64,000 nucleotides of DNA from Neophaeotheca triangularis (Eukaryota), in NCBI GenBank assembly GCA_054600435.1, contig BAAIJX010000003.1:372001-436000 (forward strand). Reading direction: 5' to 3'. Under the pieces are notes generated by a model. That model was not told the origin of the DNA and searched no databases. It saw only the letters and a program-made list of their open reading frames with translations. Shown here piece after piece: positions 59,574 through 64,000 of the stretch; position 1 is the stretch's first letter; every line of letters begins with the position of its first letter. A program made the translations under genes and the position numbers.

Positions 59574-59811
59574 AAAAGGTTCGATCGAGGCAATAATGAC
59601 TGACGAGACTTCAGCCTCGGCACCCACGGACTGCTCGACTTTCACCTCCATCCGAGTCCATCGTCGCTTTTTCGCCAAGTACGCCCAACTCCCCTCCCGT
59701 CTTCCCCGCCCTTTGTCCGACCGGCTTGCTTACAAAGATCAAGGAAGCATCTGCAGGTGGGCATTGCCAGGCAACCAGGCTACTCCAGGGCTACTACCTA
59801 CCCTACTTGCC

Positions 59812-59839
59812 TACCTTACCTTACCTTACCTTACCTTAC
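59812..59839. repeat. (TACCT)n pentanucleotide repeat
   Basis: taccttaccttaccttaccttaccttac. Confidence 0.9.
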
Positions 59840-60017
59840 TGTCCTCAATATGCATCATTGCCTAAGGTACCTACTATTGCACATCCATTGCCAGAGTGCT
59901 ATATGAAATGCCAATGGCTCGCTTAAAGCTTACCCGAAGCCCCTGGCTAGCAGCTACATACCTAGTACCTACTGCTTGAATGGGCGGCTAATGTGAAGAC
60001 GAGAACCAATCGCGGCT

Positions 60018-60046
60018 TGCCTGAGCGTGCCTGAGCGTGCCTGAGC
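60018..60046. repeat. 10-mer tandem repeat (TGCCTGAGCG) x~3
   Basis: Upstream of the AIM24-family gene; read directly. Confidence 0.85.
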
Positions 60047-60293
60047 TACAGCCTACAGCAGCTCGTGCCACTACCTTACGGTCAGCAAGTCAAGACAATT
60101 GGAATGGAACATGTAGCTCGTCCAATTCCAATCTTCCCTCCTCTCTCCTTTCCTTACTCTCCTTCGCTTCTCACTATTGCATGCGACGGCGCATTCGTGA
60201 GCTCAGAAAACAGCAACGAGCAGTCGATCCGCAAAGCAAAATTGAAAACCGCATTCTAGCTGGAGGCTAGCGAGTCCGACGAAACACCACATT

Positions 60294-61861
60294 ATGGCCA
60301 GCCAAGGGCAATACTTCCCTCGTGAGTACAAAGTAGTCTCATAGCCTGGCCACGGCCACTGGCTTTGCGAGGCATGGCCGTGTTCGCTGACTAGAGTTGA
60401 CACAGCTCCTCCTCCAAGCGAAGGTAACTACATGTTGCTTGGGTGACTCCCGCATGGTGCTGACAATTGACAAGAGCAACAACACTTTGCTCCACCTCCC
60501 ATAGCTAGTCCTGGAGAGCAGCGGGAACACCATTTTCCACCGCCGCCACCACCCCCTGAGGGAGGCTTTGGCGAGCAGCATCAATACCCCTCGCCACCAC
60601 CCGTTGCCAATCCTGTCAGACAGGAGGAATCGCACTATCTGCCACCACCTCCTCCGGCAAGCTCCGGCGGCCAGCAACAATATCCACCACCTCCTCCCAC
60701 AGCGAGCTCTGGCAACCAACAGCAGTACCCGCCGCCGCCCCCAAGCGATCCAGCTTCGCAACACGACTACTTCCCGCTGCCAGGTCAAACACAGCATGTG
60801 GAACAGCAGTCCTACGCACCACCCCCGCAATTCGCGCCTCCTCCATCCGTTTCCCCTCCCCTACCCAACGGTACCACAGGAAACTCAGGCACATACCCAG
60901 CGCCGCCTCTCCCACCCCAGCAACAACAAGCCCAAAGCCTCCCCCATCATCCTGGCCCTACCAGCGAAACACCTCAACCACAAGACAAGCAACCCAAACT
61001 CGAGACTCCCCAAAAAGAGCAAGAGAAGCCCTACAACACCAACCTCGAATCCACCATGCCCGGCGGCGCACCCCCAACCAACCATTTCGTCGGCGCAATG
61101 GCCACGGTCGACGACGTCGGCACTTTCAACGGCGGCAGCTACCGCGTCTCGCACCGCGACACAAACACGGTTCTCACCATCCAACTCGCAATGGGCTGTC
61201 CGCTAACGGTAAAACCTGGCGCCATGGTCGCCATGTCACCCACCATGACGCTCCGCGGCGCCGTCAAAATCGGCATGAAAAAGTTCTTCTCCGGTGAAAT
61301 GACACACAGCACCTTCACCGGCCCTGGAGAGCTATTGCTCGCGCCGCCCGCGCTGGGAGACGTCACCAACATTCGCTTGACCGGCAGCGAGACGTGGAGT
61401 GTCGGCCGCGATGCTTTCCTAGCCGCTACCGCGGGCGTGATCAAGGATCTTAAGGGCCAGAGCATCAGCAAAGCCATCTTCTCCGGCGAAGGCCTGTTCG
61501 TGTACAAAATGAGCGGCACCGGGTTGCTGTGGATCACGAGCTTCGGCGCCATCATCAGAAAAGACGTAAGTCCGACGGCACAACAGAGCACGAGAAAGCC
61601 ACCCGCTCGACGAAATGTAGATGCTGACCCCATGTCTTTCAGCTCAAAGAGGGCGAGAAATACATCATCGACAACGGCCACCTGGTGGCGTGGAATTGCA
61701 AGTACGTGCTCGAGCGGATTGCGAGTGGGGGTATCATTAGCAATTTCAGCGCGGGCGAGGGTTTGGTTTGCAAGTTTTCCGGCCCTGGGACTGTGTTTAT
61801 GCAGACGAGGAATCCGGTTGCTTTTGCGCAGTATACTGCTGCACATGCTGGGCAGGGTTGA
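60294..61861 (+). CDS. AIM24-family (DUF124) protein with Pro/Gln-rich N-terminus
   Basis: Exons 60294-60321, 60406-60423, 60475-61565, 61643-61861. Motifs [64 protein letters not shown]. The first two small exons are less certain. Confidence 0.85.
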
Positions 61862-62211
61862 GGGGCGCATTTCCTCTTGGTAGGTTTGGTTGGGGCGTTT
61901 TCGGGAGGCTTTGGCGTGTATGCTCTATATCCCCTACCAATCCATGCTATGTCGATTACACGGTTGCAATGCGCCAATGGTACAGTCGGGGTACGGGTGT
62001 ACCATAGGAAAGCACAGGAGGAAAAATGTGATCAACTTGGATCTCTGCGGTCCATAAAAAACGTGTTGTTCTTCCAATTAACCGTTGCATACCCTGTAAT
62101 CGTCGTCCATCGTCGAAATCGTGCAGAAGCATAGCGTTTCCCTTTGTTCATATCCAGCGTATCCCCAGTCTCCCCAAACTCCCAACCGACGCACGCATTT
62201 CGCAAGTAACC

Positions 62212-62868
62212 TCAATCCAAAAACCCCATCTCCTCATCCATAACCCCTTTCAACCCCTGAGCCTCCCTCTGCACCCCAGCATTCACCGGCGGCCAGTCCA
62301 GCCGACCCAACTCCCCCGCCTTCTCAAGCGCCTCCCCCAAAGCCTCTAACTTCCCATACACAACGTAACCCTGGCCTGCCAGCACCTCCGCAAGCTCGAC
62401 TTGGTGATGGTCCAGGAGGGTGGGGTTGGGAACGACAATGAGCGGCACGCCGAGGCGAAGGGCTTCGAGGACAGTTCCGGAACCTAGGTTCGTCGTTCTT
62501 AGCTCGCGCTCTTCTTCTTCAAGAGCAAGTAAGCGCTCTCCAAGGCAGCAGGGCTTTCAAATACCGGCATGTCCGATTACGCATCCCTCGTCACGCTCCT
62601 TGCCGGCTTGGACGCGTTTCATGTGCTTCGCCAGTCCGGCTTTGTCGAGCTCGAAACCGGTTATTTGGAGGCCGGGTAATTGGGCTTTGGCGACGTGTTG
62701 GTCGAAGAGGGGCTTGCCGCCGTCGCCGTATTGGATGAGGAGATCGGTGTAGGAGTGGGATTGAAGCGCTTTGGTGAAAGAGGGGGAGAGGACGGCGGTG
62801 ATGAGGTCGGGGAAGGCGGCGGTTGCGCCGACGGTGAGGAAGCAGGTTTTGGAGCGTGCGGTGGCCAT
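62212..62868 (-). CDS. ALG13: UDP-GlcNAc transferase catalytic subunit Alg13
   Basis: Exons 62868-62565 and 62483-62212. Motifs CFLTVGAT, IQYG, IGHAGSGTVLEALR, PLIVVPNPTLLDHHQVELA. Confidence 0.92.
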
Positions 62869-63203
62869 GGTGTTGGTGGGAGACTGTGGTGGGAAGAAGG
62901 GCGATGGTTGGTATGGTTTGGTGCAAGCTAGCTGTGACTTACGGTTGGTTTCTTACATTATTTTGGATTGTTGGGGATATATCAATGGGATTTGATGTAG
63001 GTCGGAGGGAGGGGGAGACCGACATGGCTGATGGCTTGAAGGGAGCGGAGCTGTCTTGCATGTGACAATCGGCAGCAGCCAAAAGCTTGTCCGCCGACGC
63101 CGACGGAGATGCTAGGGTTAGGGCTACAATTTCAAGATCCAGGGTATCGACTTCATGCTTCTTCCAAAACAGCATCGGCAACGGCGACAGAGCATCAACA
63201 AGA

Positions 63204-64000
63204 ATGGCAGTACCCTTCCAACGGGCATGCTTCCAAGCAGCCCGACAAGCATCCAAACACCAATCCCATACACTCCACATCCGACCAAGAGCCGCCAACC
63301 TCCCACAATGGCCATCCCGCCCCTTCACCTCGGCCCCCCGATCTTTCGCCAAAGACGACGAACCGCCCATCCCCTCCGAAAACGAATCAGACGCCGGTGA
63401 AAGCGACTTAGCCCCCTACTTCAACACTGCCCTCTTCAACAGCCTCGACGCAGAAGAACAAGCCGTCTACCGCACCCTCAGCAACACAGAACGCAAACAA
63501 TACCCAAGCGTCCGCGATACCCTGGAGCAAGAATTCGACCGCGAGACGCGCTTTTCCCGCGACCTCGACCTCACCACGAATCAAGCTAGCGAGGAAATCG
63601 AGCGGCAATTCCCTACGCCCCGCGAAGAACGCACCGCCAGGGTCGAGGACAATTTCTGGAACATGGGCGAAGGGAGCGAGGCTTTCGGGCCCGAGGATGA
63701 GGTGCGTGAGGATGATATTTCGTCCACGGCTCACGCGCAGCTCGAGCAGCATCGCGAGATTCGTGACTTTATGCGGCGCGCGGCGTGGGAGATGCCGATG
63801 CTGGCGCGGTTGGCGAGGCCTTTTGAGCCGCCCGCGACCATGGGCGAGCAGGGCTTGTTGCGTTGGCGCTACACGACGTATATGGGGGAGATGCACCCGG
63901 CGAGCCGCAAAGTGGTTGTGGAGTTTAAACCCGCGGACCTGCCAGGGCTGGATGAGACGCAGGTGGGTAAAATGTGCAAGCTGGCTGGCGTGCGGTATAA
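63204..64000 (+). CDS. RSM24: mitochondrial ribosomal protein mS35, 3'-truncated by the window end
   Basis: Open frame from ATG 63204 (MAVPFQRACFQAARQ, targeting-like) to the window edge. Motifs HAQLEQHREIR, AAWEMPMLARLARPF, LRWRYTTYMGEMHPASRKVVVEF, KLAGVRY. Missing from the ORF track because it has no stop in the window. Confidence 0.9.
   Translation, partial: MAVPFQRACFQAARQASKHQSHTLHIRPRAANLPQWPSRPFTSAPRSFAKDDEPPIPSENESDAGESDLAPYFNTALFNSLDAEEQAVYRTLSNTERKQYPSVRDTLEQEFDRETRFSRDLDLTTNQASEEIERQFPTPREERTARVEDNFWNMGEGSEAFGPEDEVREDDISSTAHAQLEQHREIRDFMRRAAWEMPMLARLARPFEPPATMGEQGLLRWRYTTYMGEMHPASRKVVVEFKPADLPGLDETQVGKMCKLAGVRY

Noticed and set aside
1..64000. tRNA, rRNA, intact transposons, PKS/NRPS backbone genes
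   Set aside because: None recognised by eye; small ncRNAs cannot be excluded without an Infernal or tRNAscan search.

Overview
Gene-dense, intron-containing DNA of a filamentous ascomycete (Pezizomycotina; Dothideomycete-like is my impression only). I can build 24 protein-coding gene models. Housekeeping genes lie at both ends: IFRD-domain, PRP24, MRPL22, an unknown conserved protein, calponin-like and HAPSTR1-like at 1-15 kb, and AIM24-family, ALG13 and RSM24 at 60-64 kb. Between them is a ~43-kb block of accessory-type genes: GH43 arabinanase, Zn2Cys6 TF, a divergent kynureninase/indoleamine 2,3-dioxygenase pair, bilirubin-oxidase-type multicopper oxidase, phosphoketolase, PL3 pectate lyase, a second Zn2Cys6 TF, a DUF1264/OBAP-like gene, ABCA transporter, secreted lipase, carboxylesterase, FMO and a secreted Cys-rich protein. 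The best new observation is a 3-exon, 56-aa Cys/His-rich microprotein gene (37372-37661, minus) absent from the ORF track. It is head-to-head with a Zn2Cys6 TF that is tail-to-tail with the DUF1264 gene. Also notable: a candidate TF-KYNU-IDO(-MCO) tryptophan-catabolic module with a CCG-repeat array in the shared promoter, introns that must skip a branch-point-proximal CAG to use GAG/AAG acceptors, and recurrent sharp C/A-to-G/T strand-skew flips. I saw no tRNA, rRNA, CRISPR array or intact transposon. All family calls come from motif recognition, not database searches.
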